Assembly (NCBI RefSeq): GCF_006345805.1
Contig: NC_042998.1
Coordinates: 29,202,001 to 29,266,000 of the forward strand
Origin: Octopus sinensis
Lineage: Eukaryota
Direction: 5' to 3'
Length of the DNA: 64,000 bases
The notes beneath the pieces are model-generated. The model was not told where the DNA came from and did no database searches. It saw only the letters and a program-made list of their open reading frames with translations. The translations under genes were made by a program, and so were the position numbers. Of the stretch, positions 50,414 through 64,000 are shown one piece after another; the first letter of the stretch is position 1, and every line of letters begins with the position of its first letter.

Positions 50414-51232
50414 CATAAAGCCACCGTTTGATTCATTTGCATACGTCAGGTCAATTTATGTATCAAACACTTGCAATGTATGTTATGTGGTAAAACAAGT
50501 AACTCTTTAGATCAGCTGTGACTTACAATGTAAACACTGAGTGAAACATATAGCAACCAGGGCTCTTAAGTATATACCATATTTTCTATGCGTAATATAT
50601 CCGGTGTTTTTTCTCCTCACTTGTTTAATTTTCGAAGGTATAAATTCATAGCGCCGAATTTCTGCCGTAATTTACGCATGCATAAAAAAACGCATCTATA
50701 ATATGCAGAATGTAAACACTAGCATTGAATAAAAAGAATAAAAATTCAGCTATAAAAAAAATCTGCAAGTTATTCCTGCAAAAAATATATAAATAAATTT
50801 TATATACAACATGCCTGAAACACGTATCTCTTCTGCAACTAACAAAAATCATCGTTTGGATATTTCATAATTGCATTATATCATTAACTCCGTCACGCCA
50901 TATTCGCAACCATAGCGGGAATAGTTTAATCATAATCTCTGTCGGATTCCCGGTAAAGCGGTAATAAACAACACACGAAGGAAAAAAACACCAAGATGCA
51001 ACCGATTTTCTTCATTAGTTTGCCTGCAATCTAACTACTTCTTTTTAATGCTTAGAAGCTCAGGGAACGGGCTAAGTTAAGGGGCCTAGGTATGAGAGGG
51101 CTCAAGCGGTTTATTATGTGTGTCAAAAATAATTAATTATTATGTGTTTTTATTATATGTGTCAAGGGTATTCATGCATGAATGCACGATTATGCGGCGG
51201 ACTATTTATATGTTAAAGTATCTATGTATAGT

Positions 51233-51490
51233 GGAGGCGCGTGGCTTAGTGGTTAGGGTGTCAGCACCATGGTCGTAAGATTGTGGTTTCGATTCCTGGA
51301 ACGGGCGACGCGTTGTGTTCTTGAGCAAAACACTTCATTTCACGTTGCTCCAGTCCACTCAGCAGGCAAAAAATGAGTAACGCTGCGATGGACTGGCGTC
51401 CCATCCAGCTGGGGAATACATACGCCATTGAAACCAGGAAACCGGGCCCATGAGTCTGGCTAGGCTTTAAAAGGGTGCATTTATTTATGT
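51233..51490 (+). mobile_element. Family C SINE
   Basis: Matches 5583-5838. Confidence 0.9.
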
Positions 51491-51898
51491 ATGTATGTAT
51501 AACGTTACATTGTGTATTCATAATCGTACGAGGGATTATGAATAGGGCTGCATCTATATATATATGAAACTATGATAATGTGTGTATCTGTCTATATTTA
51601 TTGAGTTTGTGTATGTATCTGTATGTGTGCATATATTCCTACTTGAATGTGTTTGATGTCGCGCGTGCGTGGTGTGTGTGTGTGTTATGTGTTTGCGTCT
51701 GATTGTACGTGATCGTGCATGTATGTAAGAGGCAGGCCACATTACCTCTGAACGGTAAAATATTCTGTCGATGATTCGTTCGACAAAAACTTTGCAAGGT
51801 GGTGCCCCAGCATGGCCGCAGTCCATTGACTGAAGTAAGTGAAAGATGAAAGATACACATATACACGGAGAAATATATGTTTGTATGTATGTTTGAGA

Positions 51899-51943
<45 letters not shown>

Positions 51944-53420
51944 AAAGTGTGCGTGCGCGTTAGCTTAAGAGTACTCTGAAAGTCGTAATTTTCGCAGGAA
52001 TCCCGCTAATTGATGACAATAAATTTAGTCTGTCAGATCAGCTCTCAGAAATATATCATAAAAAAATGCCACCAAAGCAACAACTTTGCCATTCTAGATA
52101 ACGATGATAACAATGATAGAATTTATGTATCACCTAATGAACTTTTGAAATTGAAAAATAATTTCACGTGATTCCATCCGCACATATATTTGATCTGTCT
52201 ACTGGTTGATATCAATATTATCTGTAATATCTATACATTAAGGAAAATAAGATCAGCGAATGAATTTCTGGCTCATTATATTAATGGCTTTTTCAAAGAA
52301 CACGAAGTACTCGTCAATTCAACATGAATATCTCAACTCAAGATTTAACCCCTTATAAACTGATAGTTAACATTGTTACGTTCCGTCTTGAAACAGATGT
52401 TAAGCTTTGAAGATATCCTTACCGTACAAGACTCTAATGAAGAATTATTAGAACCAAGGAATTCAATGTTATTCTGTTCAGAATTCCGTCTTGTTCCTCT
52501 GCCTGCTTTCTCGAGGTATAACTATTAAGATATTTCCCCTGGTCATGGTCAGCATTTTGTACTTCATTAAACATAGACGCTGTTTTTCCTGCTCTTCACA
52601 ATTTATCTCACCATATTGATCAAATTTAAAATCATTGATGTAAATAAACCTAACACAGCCATCTGTTCATACAACATTAAATTCACTCATAAATACAAAG
52701 AAACCCACAACACAAAAAGCTATTTTCCTGAAAAAAAAAACAGTACGACGAGAAGTGACAGGTGAGTGCATTGGTCTGCAAAATACAAATATATACTATG
52801 TATAATGTTATATATTTCAATGCTGTGATATTTTATACATAGTTTGGACTATTTTGGTAAATTTCCCAAACTTTTGTGAATATTGTGAATCTTTTAACTC
52901 TTACTTTTACCCTTACTCTTCAAGCAAATTTCTATAATATACTTGCTTTTGTTTTACAGTTTGTTATTTTTTTTTTGTATATTTTTTGCTTTGTTTGCTG
53001 TAAAGTAAACTCATTGCAAAGAAAGTATTTTTGCAGTAACCGGTACACTTCCAGTTTATAATCAAGATCTAAGCCATTTCCATGACAGGAACGGAGTTGC
53101 TATGAATCGTATTAAGGTCTACGCTAATGTAGTTTAACTAACCTGCACTGGCTGACTTATTTATGAATAAGGCAGCAACTTCAAAGGAAAAGTGCAAGTT
53201 TTCCCGCCAGACAACTTGTACAATCTTCTGGGCCGACAGTTATATAAAAGCGAGAAAATTCACCATAGATTACAGCACTTCCAGATTTATACCGTTTATG
53301 TTTTCTTCCTCCCGTATCGTTGTCTCTTAGCTATTTTCCTGACGGATTCAACCTACTTACAGAGTGGCTTTATGATTTTTATACCTTCTTGTGCCATTCA
53401 TCTCGCTGATTTTTCGACAA

Positions 53421-53790
53421 GGCGGCGAGCTGGCAGAAACGTTAGCACGCCGAGCGAAATGCTTAGCGGTATTTCGCCTGCCGTTACGTTCTGAGTTCAA
53501 ATTCCTCCGAGGTCGACTTTGCCTTTCATCTTTCGGGGTTGATAAATTAAGTACCAGTTACGCCCTGGGGTCGATGTAATCGACTTAATCCGCTTGTCTG
53601 TCCATGTTTGTCCCCTCTGTGTTTAGCCCCTTGTGGGTAGTAAAGAAATAAGTATTTCGTCTGTCTTTACGTTCTGAGTTCAACTTTCTCCGAGGTCGAC
53701 TTTGCTTTTCATCTTTAGGTGTTGACAAATCAAATACCAGTTGCGTACTGGGGTGGATCTAATCGACTGGCCGCCTCCCCAACAATTTCG
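53421..53790 (+). mobile_element. Family B SINE, partly dimeric
   Basis: GGCGGCGAGCTGGCAGAAACGTTAGCACG head. Confidence 0.88.
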
Positions 53791-54756
53791 GATCTTGTGC
53801 CTAGGATAGAAAGGAATATTAGGTTCTCGACTGTACACATGCAAATACAGTGTAGAAGCGAACATAATATTTGGAAACTGAGAGGTATCTTACTGTGTTT
53901 ATCACCACAGGCAAAGTAAGAGACTATGAGATCAGAAAAGAAGATAGGACTAACAATTATACTCAAACTTTAAAGTCTTTATAATGAGCATGTCTCCTCC
54001 ACTTTTGGGGCTATGGTTCTTACCAAAGTTGTTCATAAAAAGAAAATGTTAACCCCCAACATTCAAGTGATTTTCAAAATATATCCATGGAATTTTAAAA
54101 ATCAGTAATTCTTTATACCCATGGAATTAGAAAAATCAGTAATTCTCAAATTGCAATAAAACTGAAATCGAAAGAAATGCTGTTAAAAATATCTAGAGTC
54201 TCTAAAGTTACCAACTAAGAAAAAGAATGATAACTGAATGTCTTCTTATAATTAAATAGTTCTAATTAAGAGAGTAGCATTATTCAATAAACTCATTTAT
54301 TATATTCAGTCTCCAAGTCACAAATAAAATCGCCAGTCAATAACAAATAATTAATAACAAACTATAGAAATGATCAAACTTAAAATTACTTTTCGCTGAA
54401 AGGACTCTTGGTGTTGTTCAATGAATCAGTTTAGACTTGCATGCATAAAAGCCACAAATAGAACCGCCAATTATAAAGAAATCAATTTTTTAAGAAAGTG
54501 CAGAAATAATTAAATTGAGGAAAACATACAGTTAATTCTATAACTGTTCTGACAAAGCCATTGTTTGAAGATAACAACCATTTGCTAGTCCAGTAGCTTG
54601 TTCTAGATACTAACGAATCACAGAACATTAACCGTCACTGAATGCAACACTCGGATCTTTTCGCTTTGACCAGCAGATTTTAAAAATTATTTTTTGTAAC
54701 TAAACACTTTTAAACTTCGTATACTGGTAGAATGTGTTTTTTTAAAAAATTTTCCT

Positions 54757-55146
54757 TTTTACTTGTTTCAGTCATTTTGACTGCGGCCATGCTGGAACAC
54801 CGCCTTTAATCGAGCAACTCGACACCGGGACTTATTCTTTGTAAGCCCAGTACTTATTCTATCGGTCTCTTTTGCCGAACCGCTAAGTGACGGGGACATA
54901 AACACACCAGCATCGGTTGTAAAGCAATGCTAGGGGGACAAACAGACACACAAACACACAGGCACACACACATATAAACATATATACGACGGGCTTCTTT
55001 CAGTTTCCATCTACTAAATCCACTCACAAGGCTTTGGTCGGCCCGAGGCTATAGTCGAAGACACTTGCCCAAGGTGCTACACAGTGGGACTGAACCCGGA
55101 ACCATGTGGTTGGTAAACAAGCTACCACACAGCCACCCCTGCGCCT
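54757..55146 (-). mobile_element. Family A SINE
   Basis: Matches the family A consensus. Confidence 0.9.
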
Positions 55147-55591
55147 ATGTGTTACATAAAACATCTTATTCTCTTGGCTTTCTTGAGAAAATTCTGTAGT
55201 TTGTAAGCTATTTGTTGTTTAATTTCTTGCATTTCGGCAATTTCAACCAATCAATGACGACTACTGAGGTGAATACAATTTCTCCGGATCGTTGTCAACA
55301 ACAATTATTTGCAGTGTCATATGAATTTGTCACTATTATTTATGAGAAAAGTATACTAGAAATTTGTTCCCTTAATGATTTTTGAACAAGAGTAAATTAC
55401 AGCAGGAATTAGCATAGTTCAGAAAGAAAATATAGAATATAGAATTAGAAGTGAGAAAATGTAGATACAGAGTTGCCTTCTGGGTAAGAAGTAGTGACGA
55501 ACACATAAAAAAACGAAAGGGAGGGAGACAGTAAACATCAGAGAAAATATGGTGAGGGAGAGTCACAGATAGTAAATGATGATTATGATGA

Positions 55592-56085
55592 TAGTACACT
55601 GGAAGCTGTGCCAACACCGTGGAATAACAGAAGAAAGGTGGTATGGGTACATGCGAGAAAAGGTCACAGTAAATGAGATATGTCAATACACACAGACAGA
55701 GAAATTAAGACCAATAGGCTGGATATAGTTGTCAGAGATCATCAAGAGAAAAAAGTGTTTTCTAATAGATGTATCAATACCAACAGATGACAATGTTTCT
55801 CTAAAAGAAACAGAGAAACTTTCTAAATACAAATATCTGAAAATAGAAGTAACTCTTAAAAGTATAACAAAAAAAAGCATTCAGACAAATACATAACCAA
55901 AATACCAGGACTTACAAGTGTATATAACATACAGAAAATAGCACTACTAGATACCGCACACATCCTACGTCCAAGCTCTTTCAATACAGTGAAAATAAGA
56001 GCATTATAACAAGCCACAACACATACCCAAGGCACACAGAGCTACGCTCGGTGATGCAGTGAAAGCACGTGATAACAATAAGACT
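55592..56085 (+). pseudogene. Decayed copy of the R4/Dong family seen at 15652-16237
   Basis: Nucleotide similarity through the RLE region and 3' UTR (CACATACCCAAGGCACACAGAGCT.CGCTCGGT). Confidence 0.85.
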
Positions 56086-56946
56086 ATTATAATAACTTGT
56101 ACATGATTATCGATTCAACCTTCTAGGAAATCGACTTTAACAGAGAATACGATACGTAGGAATAAATACGGACCGATATGAGTTCCTGTTAATATTCGTA
56201 ACCTCTTTTAAAAAGGAATAATGTTACGATGTCGTAACATTAAGTTCCTAAAATGCCATACATAAAATCCTGAAAATGCCATACATATATCTGTAACATT
56301 TTGAAATTCGTGGTTGCTAAACACCGAAATGAATGCTGACCAATATTAATGTTCTTTTATCTCCAACGCATGCATTTATAGCAGACAATGGTTACCTGGG
56401 ATTTATAAGCAGCATAGATTTCCGAATATTAATCTAAATCCTGTCCTTTTCATGATATCCAATATTCTCCGAATGATCGATGTAATGAGAAATTCTCCAC
56501 GTAGCGTAGTCACACGACCTATTCAGAAAATCAGGTGATTAGCCTTCAAATTTTATACTGATTTGGACTTCACTACACGGTCACAGTGGGGACTCTTTTG
56601 CTTGGAGGTCTGCTTGAGTGGGGCTTAAGTTGTGCAAAATCTGAACGGCTACAAATCACCAGCTAAGAAAATTGAGTTATTGTTCTCATGCTGCTTGGTT
56701 AGATAATATATTACAATATCTGACAAAATATCCTACAATATCCGACAAACTTAACGTAACAAGATCGAGGAACGAAATTTCATACAAATGCATATTTGAA
56801 AAATTTGAAATTAGTTTTACGCTCACTGAAAACTATAAGAAAACTTCATTTAAATTTTTCGACTTGTGTGTGATAAAGACGCCCAATATTTCATCAATTC
56901 CGATAACTATATTTTACCTTATGAAGGTTTAAATGTTTTAAAAATA

Positions 56947-57204
56947 AAATAATAAATGCACCCTTTTAAAGCCTAGCCAGGCTCATGGGCCCGGTTTCCC
57001 GGTTTCTAGGGCGTATGTGTTCTCCAGCTGGACAAGACGCCAGTCCATCGCAGCGTTACTCGTTTTTGCCAGCTGAGTGAACTGGAGCAACGTGAAATGA
57101 AGTGTTTTGCTCAAGAACACAACGCGTCGCCCGGTCCAGGAATCGAAACCACAATCTTACGATCATGGTACTGACACCCTAACCACTAAGCCACGCGCCT
57201 CCAC
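56947..57204 (-). mobile_element. Family C SINE
   Basis: Matches 5583-5838. Confidence 0.9.
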
Positions 57205-57343
57205 TTAAATGCTTTCATAAGTACTCAAATTATTTACGTCAATCAGCTTTTCGTCTATAAACCAAATGTAACGAAAGGTATTACATGATATTCCAGCTTC
57301 TCACAACGAGAGATATTCAGCAACAGTACTTTGGAGTAAAGCT

Positions 57344-57506
57344 TGTTTGCCAACATAACATGGCAGTCCTGGTTTAGGACGAATGTTGCTGTAATTTAGC
57401 CCCAGGAGTCATCGTGTCGTATAGCCAGCTGGAGACGATATATCTTGGGGCTAAATTACAGCAACATTCGTCCTAAACCAGGACTGCCATGTTATGTTGG
57501 CAAACA
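57344..57506. repeat. Perfect 61-bp inverted repeat with a 41-bp spacer (MITE-like)
   Basis: 57344-57404 is the exact reverse complement of 57446-57506. Confidence 0.9.
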
Positions 57507-57591
57507 TAACATGAAGTTTCATGAAGTTTCAAGTTCTTGTAGACTTGTACTGGTGCCGTCATAGAATATGATGTATCTTTATCCTTATTTT

Positions 57592-57997
57592 TAACTTGTT
57601 TCAGCCATATGATTGCGGCCATGCTGGGGCACCGCCTTAGGAGTTTTAGCCGAATAAATCGACCCCAGGATTAATTCTTTTCATTTTAATTCTGGTACTT
57701 TTTCTATCGGTCTATCTTGCCAAACCGCTCACGGTTACGGGTGGCATAAACACACCAACACCGGCTGTCAAGTAATGATGGTTAACAAACACAGACACAA
57801 AGATACACATGCGCGCACACATACACGCACACACACACGGTGGGCTTCTTTCAGTTTCCGCCTACCATATCCACTCACAAGGATTTAGTCGGCCCGAGGT
57901 TATGGTAGAAAACACCTGCCCAAGGTGGGGCACAGTGGGACTGAACCCGGAACCATGTGATTGGGAAGCAAACTACTTACTACAAACCTACGCCTAT
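57592..57997 (-). mobile_element. Family A SINE, diverged variant
   Basis: Matches the family A consensus. Confidence 0.8.
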
Positions 57998-58126
57998 ATT
58001 TAAACCTAGTGCAGCCTATCACTGTCCAGAACTGACCAAGCTGATAATTGTATCACGCACATGAAGAGAAGAGTAAGGTGTGTATGTTTGTGTGTGAAAG
58101 TGTATGTGTGTGTGTGTGTGAGAGAG

Positions 58127-58168
<42 letters not shown>

Positions 58169-58338
58169 ACTGACACGAGCACTAAAGTGATCCTTTATTT
58201 ATCGACCCCGAAAGGATAAAAAACAGGATTGAACTTAGCAAGATTTTTAGTTAGAACACAGAGAATTGAAAAGACACCGTGAGACATTCTGTCCTGAGAC
58301 TCTTCCTAATTGTTTTGTTGTATATATATATATATATA

Positions 58339-58522
58339 GGGAGAGTTTACGAAAAAAACAAAAGACGAAGACAGGTGGTATACAAAACAAACAGATGTAT
58401 TAGTATAACGCTCAGGAATAGAAAAAGTCTTTTACGTTTCGAGCCTACACTCTTCTACAGAATTGGACACAGAAAAAAACAAGGAGAGAAAAAAAGTGTG
58501 TGTAGTGGCTAACGACTTATCA
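58339..58522 (-). mobile_element. Penelope-like terminal-repeat fragment, copy 3 (diverged)
   Basis: Homologous to 2265-2460. Confidence 0.6.
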
Positions 58523-58526
58523 TGGT

Positions 58527-60738
<2,212 letters not shown>

Positions 60739-61290
60739 GCTTAGCATATCTACGATACTTCACGTCTGATAAGATGCGCTATGTTGCTTATTCCAGTCGT
60801 AGCCATTAAATATTTCATTTGATCATTTTCTTGATGAATTTTATCAATGAAAGAACTGTTCTGGCGAAACGTTTTACCACGTTCTCTTCCTTTATGTCAT
60901 TAAGTCTTACATGGGAAAATAGACAGTGAATGCACTAATTTAACACCTAATCTCATTCTGCATGGCAAATTCTGTGCATTTTAGTCATAGTTATATGAGC
61001 GTGTTATTGTTTCCCTCCAAAAATAAAAGTTCTTTGAATAAATCCCAAGTATCATGTTTGTTTTGCATAAAACGTGATAAAACGGATCACCAAAGTAAGT
61101 ACATATCTGAGGACTATAAAGGACACCACTTTAAATTTTCGCGTCAGAACGAGGCAGGAATTTTGTGTTTGAGAAGGAAAATGTTAATGAATCCCTGTCT
61201 CGAACATTGATGAACTACAAGTGAATACGAACGTCAATATGAAACAGAGAAAAAAGAAGTGCTTTTGTATCAGTTGTGGACTTTTTATTT

Positions 61291-61400
61291 TATTTATGCA
61301 CCCTTTTCAAGCCTAGCCAGGCTCATGGGCCCGTTTCCCGGTTTCTGTGGCGTATGTGTTCCCCCTAGCTGGACGGGACGCCAGTCCATCGCAGCATTAC
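61291..61400 (-). mobile_element. Family C SINE, 3' fragment
   Basis: Tail matches 5583-5700. Confidence 0.85.
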
Positions 61401-62246
61401 CCGAGAAGAATGTAAATTTGGTTTCGTGTAGGGATCCTAACTGGGACATTCTGAATTAATAACAATGAATGCTTTAATTAATTTGTTCTTTCCAAATCAT
61501 AGGTACAGCAAATCGTATAGACACTCACTAGCGCTCTTATTGTTGGTCAAGTAAGAAAAATTTGGCGCCAATATTGACGATTAGGCATATTCAATAGAGG
61601 CGCCAGATCGCTAATATTGCCGCGTCTGAAGTAAACGTAACACATTACATACAGAATGAATAACAATGTTATCTGCAAAGTTCCTGCGTGTCTTTAGTAA
61701 AATCAGTTCATCGCAATTATAGCAAAATTTGTCAGTATTATTCTTACACATACAATGCCTCATATACAAGTATGTTCACAAGTAAGACAAATATGTAATA
61801 GACTACAAATTGCATTATTTATAAACGAATAGATTTATTAAATAAATTAAGCAAATCATAAAAAAGTACATTTAAATACATTATTTACACTAGTAACATT
61901 ATTTATAAACTGTACATTTAAATACTTTTAATCAACGCATAATCTACCATGCTCTTTTATTATTCACGTTTGTATTTTGGATAGATTTATAGCAGGAATG
62001 ATTTTTTAAAACAATTTAATGAAAATTTATGAGAGTCAAAAATTAATATCGGTTTGTCTATTTGCAGTTTTAAATTAATAGCAATAACTCATAACTCAAT
62101 CTTGAATATATATTTTCACAGTATTGTCAGTGATAGTGTGTGCTTTTTAGGCGACAGTGAAGCTCTTGGCAAATCGAATGTGTGCTCCATAGTCACTTCA
62201 ATAACTTCACATCTTGTATGCCACTTATATACTTTAATAAGTGTGT

Positions 62247-62548
62247 GGGGGTACATGGCCTAGTGGTTAGAGCAGCGGACTCGCGGTCGAGGGATCGTGG
62301 GTTCGAATCTCAGACCGGGCGATGTGTGTATTTATGAGCGAAACTCCTAAGCTCCACGTGGCTCCGGCAGAAGGTAATGGCGAAACTTCTGCTGACTCTT
62401 TCGCCACAACTTTCTCTCACTTTCCTCCTGCATCTTGCAGCTCACCTGCGACGGACCGGCGTCCCGTCAAGGTGGGGAACCTATACGCCAAGAAACCGGG
62501 AAAACGGCCCTTATGAGCCAGGCATGGCTCGAGAAGGAACAAACAACT
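62247..62548 (+). mobile_element. tRNA-derived SINE, family F (E-like 5' body, C-like 3' core)
   Basis: GGCCTAGTGGTTAGAGCAGCGG head, GGGTTCGAATCTC B-box-like motif; ...GGACCGGCGTCCCGTC...GAAACCGGG... Confidence 0.8.
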
Positions 62549-62690
62549 TTGATAAGTGTTAATTTTACAGATTCATATTTGTCTCCTAAACTTCCATACT
62601 CTCAAATGGCCCCTTGATTTGCAATAAGGTAACCCCATTTATTAGTTACAAAAGGTGATTCGTGTAAAGGATTTGGCACCAGATCGAAGC

Positions 62691-63950
62691 TATCAGGTCG
62701 TCAAGTATGAGATTTGTAGAAAAACAGTTTGCCAATGTTTTATATATACAAGGAATAGTTTTATTTTTCAAAGCATGCTTTCATGTTGTCAATACAGTTT
62801 TGCCATTTCAGCGGTAGCTTGTCCAACCCAGAACTGTAAAAGCCTGGCAATCTAGAGTCAATAAAATCTTGGAAGGCCTGTTTTACAGCATCGTCGGAAT
62901 TATTTTTTTTCCTATAAAAACGTTATCGAAATTCTGGAAGAATTTTTATTCTATGGGGGCAAGATCAGGTGAGTATGGTGGATGACGGAGAGCTTCCAAC
63001 TCCAACCCCTGTAGTTTCGCCAATGTCCTTTTTGCGATGTATGGTCTAGCGTTGTTTGCAATGAAATAGGAGTAGATCTGTTGACTAATCTCGGCTGTCT
63101 TTTTGCAAGTTTCTGTATCATTTGGTCCAGTTGGCTGCAGTATACTTCGACCGTGATTTTTGGGCTAGGTTTAATGAACTCATAATGGGTCACACCTGCG
63201 CCAGACCACCAAACACCAACCATGAGCATGTTTTGATGAATTTTGCTTCTTGGACTGTATTTTGTTGGCTTGTCTTTGTCCAACTATTGTGCTGAACGTT
63301 TACGGTTGTTGTATTGGATCAATTTCTCATCACATGTTACAATTCGATTCAAAAATAATTCATTTTTGTGACGAGAAATGCAGGCTTTCAAACGTTGCTG
63401 TTTCTGATTTTCATTGAGTTCATGTGGAATCAATTTATCCAAGTTTTTCATTTTACCGATTTGAACTTGGTGAGTTAATATTGTTTGCTTGCTAACACCA
63501 CACAACAACGATAATTCACGGGCACTTTGAGATGGTTCTGACCGGACGATGAATCTCAGTTCGTTAGTATCCACCTTTGTTTTTGGTCGACAGCTTTGCT
63601 CATTTGTGAGATCCAAATTACCAGAACGAAGTTTTGCAAACCAATTTGCTGTGTAATAACATTAGAACGAAATATTCCATTAATATTCCGAGCTGTCTGT
63701 GATGCTGTATTTCCAAGAAAGAACTCCTATTTCAAAACTGTACGAATTTCTGACTTATCCATCTTTAAACAAAAATAGCAAAGAACGATTTATAGATATT
63801 TTACAAGGCGCAAAATGAGTTAGAATAAATAGATGTGTCAGCTTTCTAACAAAAAATAAATATTGCCAAAATATAATGATGGCGCAAAATGAGCAGCTGT
63901 CGAAGTTTATCATATACCTAACTACAAATTTCCTACTTGGCGACCTAATA
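62691..63950 (-). mobile_element. Full-length mariner (Hsmar1-like) DNA transposon, inactivated
   Basis: Termini TATCAGGTCGTCAAGTATGAGATTTGTAG (62691-62719) versus the reverse complement of 63922-63950: 25 of 29 identical including TA; 1260 bp. Confidence 0.9.
62850..63762 (-). pseudogene. Mariner transposase with stops and frameshifts
   Basis: ATG at 63762 (MDKSEIRTVLK*); IVTCDEK, VGVWW, frameshifted (D)NARPH, HPPYSPDLAP. Confidence 0.9.
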
Positions 63951-64000
63951 ATTGCATTTATTTCTAAACAAAGGAGGTTTTATGGATTTATTGAAAAGCT

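Noticed and set aside
51233-51310. tRNA-like heads as tRNA genes (also at 5760-5838, 45683 and 62247)
   Set aside because: A- and B-box-like motifs are present, but no complete cloverleaf; each continues into a SINE body.
62850-63762. Domesticated SETMAR-like gene
   Set aside because: Stops, frameshifts, a damaged catalytic triad, intact transposon termini and no SET domain.

Overview
AT-rich eukaryotic DNA dominated by transposable elements and simple repeats. The SINE families look like those of Octopus or another coleoid cephalopod (recognised from memory, not searched). I found no host protein-coding gene I can support. Most ORFs in the supplied track are translations of (TA)n, (CA)n, (AAT)n or (CTA)n repeats or of SINEs. 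The real coding content is all mobile-element derived: (1) two ~4.1-4.6 kb CR1-group LINEs (17431-21541 and ~31294-35903, +) with a poly-Q and tandem CCCH zinc-finger N-terminal region, an APE endonuclease and an RT; (2) a 5'-truncated third CR1-group LINE (44346-45649, -) plus a 3' stub of it; (3) R4/Dong-type restriction-like-endonuclease retroelement fragments sitting in (AAT)n; (4) RTE and CR1/L2 fragments; (5) a full-length dead mariner (62691-63950), a deleted mariner and a pogo/Tigger-like MITE. About 30 tRNA-derived SINE copies fall into five or six modular families. Two observations stand out. First, several short Penelope-like terminal-repeat elements carry minimal type I hammerhead-ribozyme folds, one with a G3-C8 swapped core (2084-2128) and one with an intact CUGAUGA/GAAA core (50221-50263). 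Second, the dominant SINE and three LINEs share a 3' stem-loop with compensatory base changes, pointing to a LINE-SINE partnership. SINE and fragment boundaries are read by eye and may be off by a few to tens of bases.
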